Shown here piece by piece: positions 11,201 through 20,531 of a stretch of DNA of 53,331 bases. Origin of the DNA: Flavobacteriaceae bacterium (GTDB lineage Bacteria > Bacteroidota > Bacteroidia > Flavobacteriales > Flavobacteriaceae). Every line of letters starts with the position of its first letter. Position 1 is the first letter of the stretch. The stretch spans positions 1 to 53,331 of the forward strand of contig JAFMFL010000001.1 in the NCBI GenBank assembly GCA_017856205.1. The letters run 5' to 3'. A program made the position numbers and the translations under genes. Below the pieces are notes generated by a model. The model had not been told where the DNA came from. It searched no databases and saw only the letters and a program-made list of their open reading frames with translations.

Positions 11201-11866
11201 TCACTTCTTGTTGGCATAAAAATCCAGAATATGTTTGGGAATTTTAACATCTTTTTTCATATGCATATCAGGTTTGGGGTATTCACAAATGGTTTTTACG
11301 GGAATGGTTCCAGCCCAATAGTCCAATTCCAAATCGGCCTTGTTGTCCGAGGGCGGCGTATCGGCAATTTTAGCAGAAGCCGTTTCTATACTAATTTCCA
11401 ACACACGCGTTGCTTTAAGTTCACCTTGATTTGGCGGTCTGCAATGCTCCCATCTGTTGGGTACAAAATGATTGATAATACATTTCAATCCATGCAGCTT
11501 GTCCTCATCTGAAATAAGTTCTTTTACTCGACCAAAAACTACTGCAGAACGGTAATTTACCGAATGATGAAACGCAGAACGTGTCAGCTTCATTGCATCT
11601 AAAATCGTAACATTTAAGCACACTTCTTTTGTTGCGATAAGTTTAGATGTCATACGGTTTGAGTAAGCGCCGTGTAGGTAGATTTTGTTCTCAAAACGCC
11701 CAAAATTTATGGGCTGAACAAAGGCTTTTCCGTTGTGTGTAAATGCAATATGACAGATTTCGGTAGCGTCTAAAATGCCATACACCACCTCTTTGTCATA
11801 CGAAGCTTTTTTTGCACCTCGTTTTAATGTATTAATCGGGGTTTTTTCAAATTTCATGGATATCAT
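11201..11866 (-). CDS. Pyridoxamine 5'-phosphate oxidase-family (flavin-binding split-barrel) protein
   Basis: 221-aa ORF whose N-terminal half resembles PNPOx-like split-barrel proteins (ILDATEICHIAF...VQPINF...IYLHGA). ATG 11857 is an alternative start. Confidence 0.7.
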   Translation of the reverse strand: MISMKFEKTPINTLKRGAKKASYDKEVVYGILDATEICHIAFTHNGKAFVQPINFGRFENKIYLHGAYSNRMTSKLIATKEVCLNVTILDAMKLTRSAFHHSVNYRSAVVFGRVKELISDEDKLHGLKCIINHFVPNRWEHCRPPNQGELKATRVLEISIETASAKIADTPPSDNKADLELDYWAGTIPVKTICEYPKPDMHMKKDVKIPKHILDFYANKK

Positions 11867-11886
11867 TTGGTTACCCCTAAAGTATT

Positions 11887-11920
11887 AAAAATCCCTCAAC
11901 TGTAACAGTGAGGGATTTTA
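11887..11920 (-). terminator. Intrinsic terminator downstream of htpG
   Basis: AAATCCCTCA (11888-11898) pairs with TGAGGGATTT (11909-11919). On the minus strand the stem is followed by a T-run. Confidence 0.6.
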
Positions 11921-11945
11921 ATTTAATCTTCTGAGCAAAGCCGAA

Positions 11946-11970
11946 GGGCACTTCGATACTCGCAGTGCCC
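11946..11970 (-). terminator. First GC-rich hairpin immediately after the htpG stop
   Basis: GGGCACT (11946-11952) pairs with AGTGCCC (11964-11970) across an 11-nt loop. The trailing U-tract is weak, so this may be a stabilising hairpin rather than a terminator. Confidence 0.35.
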
Positions 11971-11977
11971 AAAGGTT

Positions 11978-13855
11978 TTATTTTATCATCTCAAAACTCC
12001 GCTTGATAAAAGCAGTAAGCTCTTCGCCTTTTAGAAGTGACTGCGACAAACGCGCCAAATCTAGCGATTGCTTTATCAGACGCTCTTGTTTCTTTTTGGT
12101 TTTGGTTTCCAAAATTTGCGATACCAATGGGTGATTTACATTGACTACCAATTGATACATATCTGGAAAACCACCGCCAAACATACCGCCACCGCCCGTT
12201 TGCTGCATCTCTTTCATGCGACGCATAAACTCGGGTTGCGTAATCATAAATGGTGCGGCTTCGCTGTCCATGGCTTCCAATTGTACCGTGTATTGCTCTT
12301 TTGGCACAACGTCTTCAATAAGCGGTTTGAGTGTTTCTTTTTGCTCATCGCTAAGTTTAGAAAGTTGCGGTTCGTCCTTGGTAATAAGCTTATCTATATG
12401 ATCAGCATCTACGCGAACAAAACCGAGTTTATCGTCTTCTTGCTCTAATTTTTGCAACAAGTGCCCTACAATAGGCGAATCGAGCAACAACACCGTGTAG
12501 CCTTTGTCTTTTGCTGCCTGAATATAAGCGTGTTGTTCTTCTACATTAGCAGCATAGAGCTGAATCAGTTTTCCGTCTTTGTCAGTTTGCGCCTCTTTGG
12601 TTTGTTCTTTTAACTCGTCCAATGTCAGGTATGTTCCGTCGGTGGTAGGGAAGATGTTAAACTTTTTTGCCTTATCGTAGAACTTTTCTTCGGAAAGCAT
12701 ACCATATTCAATTACTACCTTAATATCGTTCCACTTTTGTTCCAAGTTTTCACGCTCGTTTTTAAAGATGGATTGCAATTTATCGGCTACTTTTTTGGTG
12801 ATGTAATTGCTAATTTTTTTCACCGCACCGTCTGCTTGAAGGTAACTCCTAGATACGTTTAGTGGAATATCTGGCGAGTCAATTACACCGCGCAACATGG
12901 TCAAAAATTCAGGCACAATACCTTCCACGTTATCTGTTACAAATACTTGATTTTGATACAGTTGGATGCGGTCTTTTTGTATGTTGAGGTCGTTGTTGAG
13001 CTTGGGGAAATACAAAATTCCCGTCAGCGCAAACGGATAATCTACATTGAGGTGAATGTGAAACAAAGGCTCCTCAAACTGCATGGGATACAACTCACGG
13101 TAAAACGACGTGTAGTCCTGGTCTTTTAACTCGTTTGGCTTTTTAGTCCATGCTGGGGTTGGGTTGTTGATGATGTTATCTACTGTTACCTTAACCTCTT
13201 TTTTATCGTCCCCTTCGCCCTCATCGTGAGTTTCTTCACGTGAGCCAAACTTGATAGGTATGGGCATGAATTTGTTGTATTTGGTAAGCAGTTCACGAAT
13301 ACGAGCTTCTTCCAAAAATTCATCTGACTCACTGTCGATATGCAAAATAATCTCCGTCCCCCGTTCTGCTTTGTCGTGTTCCACAAGGGTGTATTCAGGT
13401 GAGCCGTCGCACGTCCAATGTGCTGCGGGTTCATCTTTGTGCGATTTGGTTATGATTTCAACTTTTTCTGAAACCATAAACGCAGAGTAAAACCCAAGCC
13501 CAAAGTGCCCAATAATGCCACTGTCTTTTGCGCTGTCTTTGTATTGATTTATAAATTCCTCAGCTCCTGAGAAAGCCACCTCATTGATGTATTTATTCAC
13601 TTCTTCGGCGGTCATTCCTAAGCCTTGATCAATAACGTGAAGCGTTCGTTTGTCTTTATCAACCTTGATTTCTATTTGTGGATTGCCGTATTCCACGTTT
13701 GCCTCACCAATATTGGTAAGGTGTTTTAGTTTAAGTGTAGCGTCTGTGGCATTTGAAACCAATTCGCGTAAGAAAATTTCATGATCGCTATAAAGAAATT
13801 TTTTAATTAGTGGAAAAATATTTTCAACTGCAACATTAATTTTACCTGTAGCCAT
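11978..13855 (-). CDS. htpG: Molecular chaperone HtpG (Hsp90)
   Basis: 625 aa with GHKL ATPase motifs ELVSNATDA, DQGLGMT and GHFGLGFYSAF. Confidence 0.95.
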   Translation of the reverse strand: MATGKINVAVENIFPLIKKFLYSDHEIFLRELVSNATDATLKLKHLTNIGEANVEYGNPQIEIKVDKDKRTLHVIDQGLGMTAEEVNKYINEVAFSGAEEFINQYKDSAKDSGIIGHFGLGFYSAFMVSEKVEIITKSHKDEPAAHWTCDGSPEYTLVEHDKAERGTEIILHIDSESDEFLEEARIRELLTKYNKFMPIPIKFGSREETHDEGEGDDKKEVKVTVDNIINNPTPAWTKKPNELKDQDYTSFYRELYPMQFEEPLFHIHLNVDYPFALTGILYFPKLNNDLNIQKDRIQLYQNQVFVTDNVEGIVPEFLTMLRGVIDSPDIPLNVSRSYLQADGAVKKISNYITKKVADKLQSIFKNERENLEQKWNDIKVVIEYGMLSEEKFYDKAKKFNIFPTTDGTYLTLDELKEQTKEAQTDKDGKLIQLYAANVEEQHAYIQAAKDKGYTVLLLDSPIVGHLLQKLEQEDDKLGFVRVDADHIDKLITKDEPQLSKLSDEQKETLKPLIEDVVPKEQYTVQLEAMDSEAAPFMITQPEFMRRMKEMQQTGGGGMFGGGFPDMYQLVVNVNHPLVSQILETKTKKKQERLIKQSLDLARLSQSLLKGEELTAFIKRSFEMIK

Positions 13856-13940
13856 AAGTTTTTATTTTTTCTATTTAACCCAAAAAAAGTACCAAAATCA
13901 ACGGGCTGACATGATGGCGTAATTTTTTTGTTTAAATAAT

Positions 13941-13970
13941 TTGTTTTTTTGTTAAACATTTTTATATTTG
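13941..13970 (+). promoter_or_regulatory. Consensus Bacteroidota promoter with no downstream ORF
   Basis: TTG (13941-13943), 19-nt spacer, TATATTTG (13963-13970). This is a full match to the TTG / TAnnTTTG -33/-7 architecture. Confidence 0.5.
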
Positions 13971-13974
13971 TGGA

Positions 13975-14110
13975 GTAATCAATCAACAGAATTGTTGCGG
14001 AGAAAATTGCTATGAGACTCTATTGATTACAGACACTCCTTCTATTGGTTTGTTTAATTTTGGTTAAGTTGTTTGAAGGTGCATCGTGGTTGTTGCACCT
14101 TCTTTTTTTT
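13975..14110 (+). ncRNA. Candidate small RNA or fabH leader (promoter-to-terminator unit)
   Basis: It is bounded by the promoter above and the terminator at 14075-14110. No ORF longer than a few codons is present. Internal helices are possible: AATCAAT 13977-13983 with ATTGATT 14022-14028, and CAAC 13984-13987 with GTTG 13994-13997. The 5' end is only predicted. Confidence 0.3.
14075..14110 (+). terminator. Strong plus-strand intrinsic terminator 45 nt upstream of fabH
   Basis: GAAGGTGCA (14075-14083), 10-nt loop, TGCACCTTC (14094-14102), then T8 (14103-14110). It is unidirectional, because no T-run follows the stem on the minus strand. Confidence 0.8.
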
Positions 14111-14155
14111 ACTACCAAATATATTTCGTTTATTGTGTTTTCAATTTCATTAAAT

Positions 14156-15163
14156 ATGTATAACTCTCGAATTGCAGGTCTTGGACACTATGTGCCAGAA
14201 AATGTTGTCACAAATGACGATTTGTCTAAACTTATGGATACTAACGATGAATGGATTACGGAACGCACCGGAATCAAAGAACGTCGGGTGATACAAAAAG
14301 ACTCGGGCGAGGGCACAGCAACTATGGGTGTCAAAGCTGCCGAAATGGCGCTAAAACGCGCAGAGATTAGTAAGGATGATATTGATCTTGTCATCTTTGC
14401 TACGCTTAGTCCCGATTTGTACTTTCCGGGCTCTGGCGTACTACTGCAAGACCTTATGGGTATGGGAACTTGTCCCGCACTAGATATTCGAAATCAGTGT
14501 TCGGGTTTTATTTATGGACTTTCAGTTGCTGACCAATTTATTAAAACAGGGATGTACAAAAACGTGCTGTTGGTAGGTTCAGAGTACCATTCTGGCGGCA
14601 TGGATTTCACCACTCGCGGGCGTACCGTTTCGGTTATTTTTGGCGATGGAGCTGGGGCGGCTGTGCTCACTCGTGAAGAAGATACCACTAAGGGTATTCA
14701 GTCCACACATTTATATTCGGAAGGCAAGTATGCAGAGGAACTCGCCATTATTGGTCCCAGTACCAAACGCTGGATTCCTGAAATTGTTTCTGATTATGAT
14801 GAAGACGATATGCGCTATCACCCGTATATGAATGGACAACTGGTATTTAAAAATGCCGTGGTACGCTTTAGTGAAGTTATCCTGGAAGCCTTGCAGAAAA
14901 ATGGAAAAACCAATTCTGATATTGATTTGTTTATACCACACCAAGCTAATTTACGCATTGCACAATTTGTGCAAAAAAAGTTTCACCTTCGCGATGACCA
15001 GGTGTATAACAATATCATGCGTTATGGAAATACCACGGCTGCTTCTATTCCCATTGCGCTATCTGAGGCGTGGGGAGAAGGTAAAATCAAACCATATGAT
15101 ACAGTTTTATTAGCTGCCTTTGGTAGCGGATTCACTTGGGGAAGTGCCTTGATACATTGGTAG
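14156..15163 (+). CDS. fabH: 3-oxoacyl-ACP synthase III
   Basis: The start is set at ATG 14156 (MYNSRIAGLGHYVPE). Active-site Cys is in NQCSGFIYGL, His in HQANLRI, Asn in GNTTAASIP, and the C-terminus GFTWGSALIHW is typical. The TTG-extended track ORF from 14045 runs through the terminator. Confidence 0.92.
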   Translation: MYNSRIAGLGHYVPENVVTNDDLSKLMDTNDEWITERTGIKERRVIQKDSGEGTATMGVKAAEMALKRAEISKDDIDLVIFATLSPDLYFPGSGVLLQDLMGMGTCPALDIRNQCSGFIYGLSVADQFIKTGMYKNVLLVGSEYHSGGMDFTTRGRTVSVIFGDGAGAAVLTREEDTTKGIQSTHLYSEGKYAEELAIIGPSTKRWIPEIVSDYDEDDMRYHPYMNGQLVFKNAVVRFSEVILEALQKNGKTNSDIDLFIPHQANLRIAQFVQKKFHLRDDQVYNNIMRYGNTTAASIPIALSEAWGEGKIKPYDTVLLAAFGSGFTWGSALIHW

Positions 15164-16591
15164 TCCAACTCCTGAAAGCCAAAGAAATAGTGCCGAAAGC
15201 GCACCATTAAGTGCTAATACAAAAAAGCCAAAATCAAATCCAAAATGTGATTTGCACAACGTTGCTATGCCGTAGGTCAGCATTGGCGTTGCAATACATA
15301 TCAAAGGCGCATAGCGATCTCGGATTCCATGTTTGGAAAAAATACCCAAAAGAAAAAGCCCCAGCAAAGGTCCGTAGGTATAACCTGCAAAAAGCAGCAA
15401 TTGTGCAATGACACTTTCGTCCTTTATCAAATAATAGAAAACCACTATAAAGCACCAAAGCGCCACCGCCACCGCTAAATGCATAACTTTACGTTGCCGA
15501 ATACCTTTCTCACCTTCTTGAATTTCCCATAAATCAATGCTAGCACTTGTTGCCAATGATGTCATGGAGCCATCTGCGCTACTAAATGCTGCTGCTGTAA
15601 GCCCAAACACAAAAGTATATGCAAATAGTTTTCCCAAACCTGATTGCGTGGCAACTACAGGAAATAGACTGTCGCCAACACCTGAGATTCCGTTGGCTTG
15701 CGCATAGGCGGTGAGCAACACCCCGAGTACCAAAAAAAATAATGTGATTAAACACATAGTAATGGTAAACCAAAACATGTTTTTTTGCGAGTCACGCAGT
15801 GAACGACAACTCAAGTTTTTTTGCATCATTTCTTGGTCTAGTCCTGTCATGGTAAACGAGATGAGTGCACCTGCCAAAAACTGCTTTATAAAGTGCTGCC
15901 CACTATTCCAGTCGTCCCAAAAAAATACCTGGGTGGTAGGCTGTGCCTGCCACCACGTCCACCACGATGCTGCGTCCAATTGCAATGCCTCAACCAATAC
16001 ATAAACGCCAACACATAGTGCGATTAGCATAAAAATAGTTTGTGCTATATCTGTATAAATAATGGTTTTAATCCCTGTTTTTTGGGTGTAAAGCCAAATA
16101 CCAAAAATGGCTACAGCAGCACTTATCCAAAACGGAATATCAAGCGCATCTAAAGCTATCCAATGCAGTACTTTTAGCACAAGAAACAACCTAAAACTTG
16201 TTCCCGTGAGCCTTGACAAAATAAAAAAAGAAGCTCCTGTTTTATGAGTCTTTACCCCAAATCGATACCGTAAATAACTGTAAATACTAACCACATTCCA
16301 TTTGTAGTACAACGGCAATAGAATTGTTCCAATAAACAAATAGCCAAGTGCGTAGCCCAGTACCATTTGTACATATCCAAGTTGAGTACTTGCCACCCAA
16401 CCAGGCACGGATACAAATGTAAGTCCGGATAGCGAGGCACCAATCATGCCAAAGGCAACCAAATACCACGGAGCATTTTTGTTAGCTGAAAAAAAAGTGG
16501 CATTGCTATTGTTTTTACTCACTACTCTTGAAATGCCATACAGCACCCCAAAATAAACCAACAAGCAAAGTCCTAGCGATTGAACGGACAT
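15110..16591 (-). CDS. Sodium:solute symporter family transporter
   Basis: 493 aa, highly hydrophobic with multiple TM helices and an SSF-like N-terminus (FFSANKNAPWYLVAFGMIGASLSG). The 3' end overlaps convergent fabH by 54 nt. Confidence 0.85.
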   Translation of the reverse strand: MSVQSLGLCLLVYFGVLYGISRVVSKNNSNATFFSANKNAPWYLVAFGMIGASLSGLTFVSVPGWVASTQLGYVQMVLGYALGYLFIGTILLPLYYKWNVVSIYSYLRYRFGVKTHKTGASFFILSRLTGTSFRLFLVLKVLHWIALDALDIPFWISAAVAIFGIWLYTQKTGIKTIIYTDIAQTIFMLIALCVGVYVLVEALQLDAASWWTWWQAQPTTQVFFWDDWNSGQHFIKQFLAGALISFTMTGLDQEMMQKNLSCRSLRDSQKNMFWFTITMCLITLFFLVLGVLLTAYAQANGISGVGDSLFPVVATQSGLGKLFAYTFVFGLTAAAFSSADGSMTSLATSASIDLWEIQEGEKGIRQRKVMHLAVAVALWCFIVVFYYLIKDESVIAQLLLFAGYTYGPLLGLFLLGIFSKHGIRDRYAPLICIATPMLTYGIATLCKSHFGFDFGFFVLALNGALSALFLWLSGVGLPMYQGTSPSESATKGS

Positions 16592-16640
16592 TTATTTTTT
16601 TGGTAAATATAGTGTTGGTGTGGCTTTTGGTGAAATAGTG

Positions 16641-16648
16641 TATTTTTG
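16641..16648 (+). promoter_or_regulatory. -7 promoter box TATTTTTG for recR
   Basis: Full TAnnTTTG match, 3 nt before ATG 16652. The TTG start used by the track (16646) lies inside this box. Confidence 0.5.
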
Positions 16649-16651
16649 AGC

Positions 16652-17269
16652 ATGGATTTTCCGTCGTCTTTAGTGCAAAAAGCGGTAGATGAAATTGCGC
16701 AACTCCCAGGTATTGGTCGGCGGTCTGCTCTTCGATTGGTGCTGCACCTGTTGCGCCAACCCAAAGATTATAGCGAAAGACTTTCTACAGCCATTGCAAC
16801 ATTACGCCAAGAAATACGTTATTGTTCTACATGCCACAATATTTCAGATGCTGAAATATGCAGTATTTGCGTCAATCCCCTTCGTGACGAAAGTATCATT
16901 TGTGTGGTGGAAGATGTGCGAGACGTGATGGCAATAGAGGCAACAGGACAGTTTAAAGGACGTTACCATGTGTTGGGGGGTAAGATTTCACCTATGGAAG
17001 GGATTGGACCAGACAAGCTTACCATTGATGCGTTGGTCAATCGCGTTAAAGAGGGAAGCATAAAAGAAATCATCTTTGCCCTTGGGAGCACTATGGAAGG
17101 CGATACTACAAACTACTACATCTTCAAAAAATTGAGTCCTTTTCCGTTAACATTTTCTGCCATTTCAAGAGGCATTGGCGTGGGAGATGAACTCGAATAT
17201 GCCGATGAACTTACACTTGGACGCAGCATTAGCCAACGTATTCCTTTTGAAACTTCCATGAAAAGCTAG
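16652..17269 (+). CDS. recR: Recombination protein RecR
   Basis: HhH motif [12 protein letters not shown], Cys4 zinc finger [16 protein letters not shown], and a Toprim region. Confidence 0.93.
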   Translation: MDFPSSLVQKAVDEIAQLPGIGRRSALRLVLHLLRQPKDYSERLSTAIATLRQEIRYCSTCHNISDAEICSICVNPLRDESIICVVEDVRDVMAIEATGQFKGRYHVLGGKISPMEGIGPDKLTIDALVNRVKEGSIKEIIFALGSTMEGDTTNYYIFKKLSPFPLTFSAISRGIGVGDELEYADELTLGRSISQRIPFETSMKS

Positions 17270-17272
17270 CAC

Positions 17273-18412
17273 ATGAAGTTATCGGTAGTCATTCTAAACT
17301 TTAATGTAAAGTATTTTGTTGACCTATGTTTACAGAGTGTTGTTGCAGCTACAAAAGATTTGGATGCTGAAATTATAGTTGTTGACAATGCTTCTGTAGA
17401 TGGTAGTGTACCTTGGATTAAGGCTCAATTTCCACAGGTAAAACTTGTTGTGAACAATGAGAATTTAGGATTTCCAAAAGGAAACAACATAGGAGTTTCT
17501 AAGGCTAAAGGAGAGTATGTATGTATTCTGAATCCAGATACGGTTGTTGCGGAAGATACGTTTAGTAAAGCGTTGGATTTTATGGATAAAAACCAACAAT
17601 TTGCCATCATGGGACCAAAACTCATCGATGGCTCTGGACGTTTTTTAAAAGAATCCAAACGAGGTGTGCCTACTCCTTGGGTGGCATTTACCAAAGTATC
17701 AGGATTATATAAAGTCTTTCCTAAGCTCTTTGGAACCTATTACAACTTAAAATTACCTACAAATCAAGCAGGAGAAACCGATGTTTTGGTAGGTGCTTTT
17801 ATGATGATGAAAACAACGCACTATCGTGCGCTTAACGGCTTTGATGAAGAATGTTTTATGTACTGTGAGGATGACGACTTGAGCTTTCGTTCGTTACAAT
17901 TGGGAAGATCAAATTATTACAATCCTACTATTACTATAATTCACTTTAAAGGGGAAAGCACCCCTAAAGATTTTGCTTATCAAAAAAGGTTTAGAGAGGC
18001 ATTATACTACTTTTACACCAAACATTTTAAGGTTTCCAAATTGGTAAAAATTTGGATCAAACTCGCCACAAATGCCTTCAGTTTCCTTAAGCGTTTAAGA
18101 GGCACTCGTTCAGTAAAAAAGAAAAGGCAGCCCAGTTGCTATTGGTTGATTTCCAACGAATTGAATATTGAAATCGGGGTTAATAAAAACATTCCTTTTA
18201 TGCATACCAATCATTGCGATGATTTAGAAGCATTCAAAAGCACGGGTACTGAACTCATTTTTGACCCAAACACTATTTCGTTTAAGCAAAGTATTTTTTT
18301 TATGAATAGATACGGCAATGCGTTTTCGTATAAATTTTTAAGCTCAGACAAAAGTCACGCCGTGGGAAGTAATTCTAGTAATGCCAAGGGAGAAGTGCTT
18401 GTGATGTCGTAG
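17273..18412 (+). CDS. Glycosyltransferase family 2 protein
   Basis: The N-terminal GT-A fold signature is LSVVILNFN...VVDNASVDGS...NLGFPKGNNIG, with an acidic motif CEDDD. It starts 3 nt after recR. Confidence 0.8.
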   Translation: MKLSVVILNFNVKYFVDLCLQSVVAATKDLDAEIIVVDNASVDGSVPWIKAQFPQVKLVVNNENLGFPKGNNIGVSKAKGEYVCILNPDTVVAEDTFSKALDFMDKNQQFAIMGPKLIDGSGRFLKESKRGVPTPWVAFTKVSGLYKVFPKLFGTYYNLKLPTNQAGETDVLVGAFMMMKTTHYRALNGFDEECFMYCEDDDLSFRSLQLGRSNYYNPTITIIHFKGESTPKDFAYQKRFREALYYFYTKHFKVSKLVKIWIKLATNAFSFLKRLRGTRSVKKKRQPSCYWLISNELNIEIGVNKNIPFMHTNHCDDLEAFKSTGTELIFDPNTISFKQSIFFMNRYGNAFSYKFLSSDKSHAVGSNSSNAKGEVLVMS

Positions 18413-18432
18413 CGCAAGCCGTGATTTATTCG

Positions 18433-18440
18433 TACTTTTG
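18433..18440 (+). promoter_or_regulatory. -7 promoter box TACTTTTG upstream of the E2 gene
   Basis: Full TAnnTTTG match, 13 nt before ATG 18454, followed by an A-rich leader. Confidence 0.45.
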
Positions 18441-18453
18441 AAAAAAAATTGGA

Positions 18454-19755
18454 ATGCCCATTTATCAGCTTGTATTACCCACCATGGGTGAGAGTGTTTC
18501 TGAAGCTACCATAACGCAATGGTTAAAAAAAGAAGGCGATACTGTCGCTGCTGACGAAGCCGTTGTTGAGGTTGCTACAGATAAGGTAGATTCTGAGGTA
18601 GCAAGTGAGTATAACGGCGTAATCAAAGAAATTTTACACCCTGTAAATGCTGTTGTTGCTGTTGATGCCCCCCTGGCACTTATCGAAACAGATGAAGTCA
18701 TTTCACAAGAAGCTGTTACCGAAACAACGGCTCCCGTAGAAACTCCAGCCTCCGAGGTTGCAACCGAATCCGCAGAAAGCTATATGCAGCAAGCGCAAGA
18801 ATTGGTAACTTCTGTGACGCAATCCACAACGGATGATGCTCGTTTTTACTCGCCGCTTGTAAAAAACATCGCTAAGCAAGAAAATATCTCAGAAACTGAG
18901 CTGGCAGCTGTTCCTGGTACAGGAAAAGACGGAAGGGTTACCAAAAGGGATATTTTGGCTTATGTACAAAACAGAAAAACACCGCAAATACAAACGCCAC
19001 CTGTGGTTAAAACACCAACTGCCGCACCGCCAATTTCTAGAGGCATAGAGGATGCCATAATTCCCATGACACGGATGGAGCAGATGATTTCAGAACATAT
19101 GACGCGAAGCCTGCAAACATCGGCTCATGTACAGTCTTTTATTGAAATCGATGTGACCAAACTGTGGAAATGGCGTGAAAAAGTAAAGCAAGATTTTGTG
19201 CAGCATCATGGTGTGAAACTCACATTTACTCCCATATTTTTTCAGCTTATCGCACAAATTTTACCCGAGTTTCCTCTGCTCAATAGCTCTTTAGAAGGCA
19301 CGAATATTATCAAGAAAAAAGACATTAATTTGGGGATGGCTACAGCGTTACCTGATGGAAATCTAATCGTTCCCGTAATCAAGCAAGCCGATTCACTCAA
19401 TCTTGTTGGTCTTGCAAAAAAAGTACATGAATTGGCTTCGAATGCCAGAAACAATGCACTAAATCCCGACGATGTACAAGGAGGGACATATACCATAACC
19501 AACGTTGGAATGTTTGGTAGTTTGACCGGGACACCCATTATCAATCAACCGCAAGTGGCAATTCTTGCCCTTGGTGCCATTCGAAAAGTACCAGCTGTTT
19601 TGGAAACCGAACATGGCGATGTGATTGCCGTGCGCCAACAAATGGTGGTATCACATAGCTACGACCACCGCATTATAAATGGTGCCATGGGCGGGATGTT
19701 TTTGCTGCGCCTCAAAGAACGCATCGAAAATTGGGACGATACTCAAACGTTATAA
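18454..19755 (+). CDS. 2-oxoacid dehydrogenase E2 component (dihydrolipoamide acyltransferase)
   Basis: It has a lipoyl domain with VATDKVDSEV, an Ala/Pro/Thr-rich linker, a peripheral subunit-binding domain (SPLVKNIAKQENI...GTGKDGRVTKRD), and a catalytic domain with SHSYDHRIING. Confidence 0.88.
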   Translation: MPIYQLVLPTMGESVSEATITQWLKKEGDTVAADEAVVEVATDKVDSEVASEYNGVIKEILHPVNAVVAVDAPLALIETDEVISQEAVTETTAPVETPASEVATESAESYMQQAQELVTSVTQSTTDDARFYSPLVKNIAKQENISETELAAVPGTGKDGRVTKRDILAYVQNRKTPQIQTPPVVKTPTAAPPISRGIEDAIIPMTRMEQMISEHMTRSLQTSAHVQSFIEIDVTKLWKWREKVKQDFVQHHGVKLTFTPIFFQLIAQILPEFPLLNSSLEGTNIIKKKDINLGMATALPDGNLIVPVIKQADSLNLVGLAKKVHELASNARNNALNPDDVQGGTYTITNVGMFGSLTGTPIINQPQVAILALGAIRKVPAVLETEHGDVIAVRQQMVVSHSYDHRIINGAMGGMFLLRLKERIENWDDTQTL

Positions 19756-19757
19756 CT

Positions 19758-20531
19758 ATGGAACTTTCATTAACTCGTCCGATTTGTTTTTTCGATTTAG
19801 AAACCACAGGAGTGAATGTGGCAAAAGATCGCATTGTAGAAATATCCATTTTAAAGGTTTTTCCAAACGGAAATAAAGAAGGAAAAACATGGTTGGTAAA
19901 TCCCGAAATGCCCATTCCACCACAAACCACAGCCGTACACGGCATTACTGACGAAAAAGTTGCTAATGAACCTACGTTTAAGCAATTAAGCAAGCAGGTG
20001 TATGACATGATTAAAGGCTCCGATTTGGCAGGATTTAATTCTGACCGATTTGATATTCCACTATTGGCAGAGGAAATGCTTCGCGCGGGAATTGATGTGG
20101 ATTTTAAAAAGCATTTGACTGTTGACGTGCAAACTATTTTTCACAAAATGGAAAAGCGAAATTTAAGCGCAGCCTATGCATTTTATTGTGGTAAAAACTT
20201 GGAAAATGCGCACAGCGCAGAGGCTGATACCACGGCAACATACGAGGTGTTGAAAGCACAAATTGAAAAATATGACACGCTTGAAAACGATATCGCTAAG
20301 CTAAGTGCTTTCTCAACAAGGCGTAAAAGTGTTGACTTTGCAGGGTTTATTCTATTTGATGACGATGGCGACCCATCGTTTAGCTTTGGAAAGCATAAAG
20401 GCAAAAAAGTAGTTGATGTATTACAGCGCGAACCGGGGTATTTCAGTTGGTTGTTAGACGCTGATTTTCCATTGTACACTAAGAAAGTATTAACTGCCAT
20501 AAGATTGGAAACCCTGAACACCAGTTTATGA
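19758..20531 (+). CDS. DEDDh-type 3'-5' exonuclease (DnaQ-like) with C-terminal extension
   Basis: The start is set at ATG 19758 (MELSLTRPICFFDLETTG, the Exo I motif). Exo III is HSAEADT. It starts 2 nt after the E2 stop. Confidence 0.8.
   Translation: MELSLTRPICFFDLETTGVNVAKDRIVEISILKVFPNGNKEGKTWLVNPEMPIPPQTTAVHGITDEKVANEPTFKQLSKQVYDMIKGSDLAGFNSDRFDIPLLAEEMLRAGIDVDFKKHLTVDVQTIFHKMEKRNLSAAYAFYCGKNLENAHSAEADTTATYEVLKAQIEKYDTLENDIAKLSAFSTRRKSVDFAGFILFDDDGDPSFSFGKHKGKKVVDVLQREPGYFSWLLDADFPLYTKKVLTAIRLETLNTSL

Noticed and set aside
14045-14155. TTG-initiated 37-codon extension of fabH.
   Set aside because: It would translate straight through the intrinsic terminator at 14075-14110. The extension is hydrophobic filler. 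FabH orthologs begin near MYNSRIAGLG.
19650-19700. E2 catalytic motif reads DHRIING instead of the usual DHRxxDG, and no E1 or E3 genes are adjacent.
   Set aside because: The catalytic His is present. The Asp-to-Asn change may be normal lineage variation, and I cannot judge that without an alignment. Dispersed E1/E2/E3 genes are common, so this is not enough for a finding.
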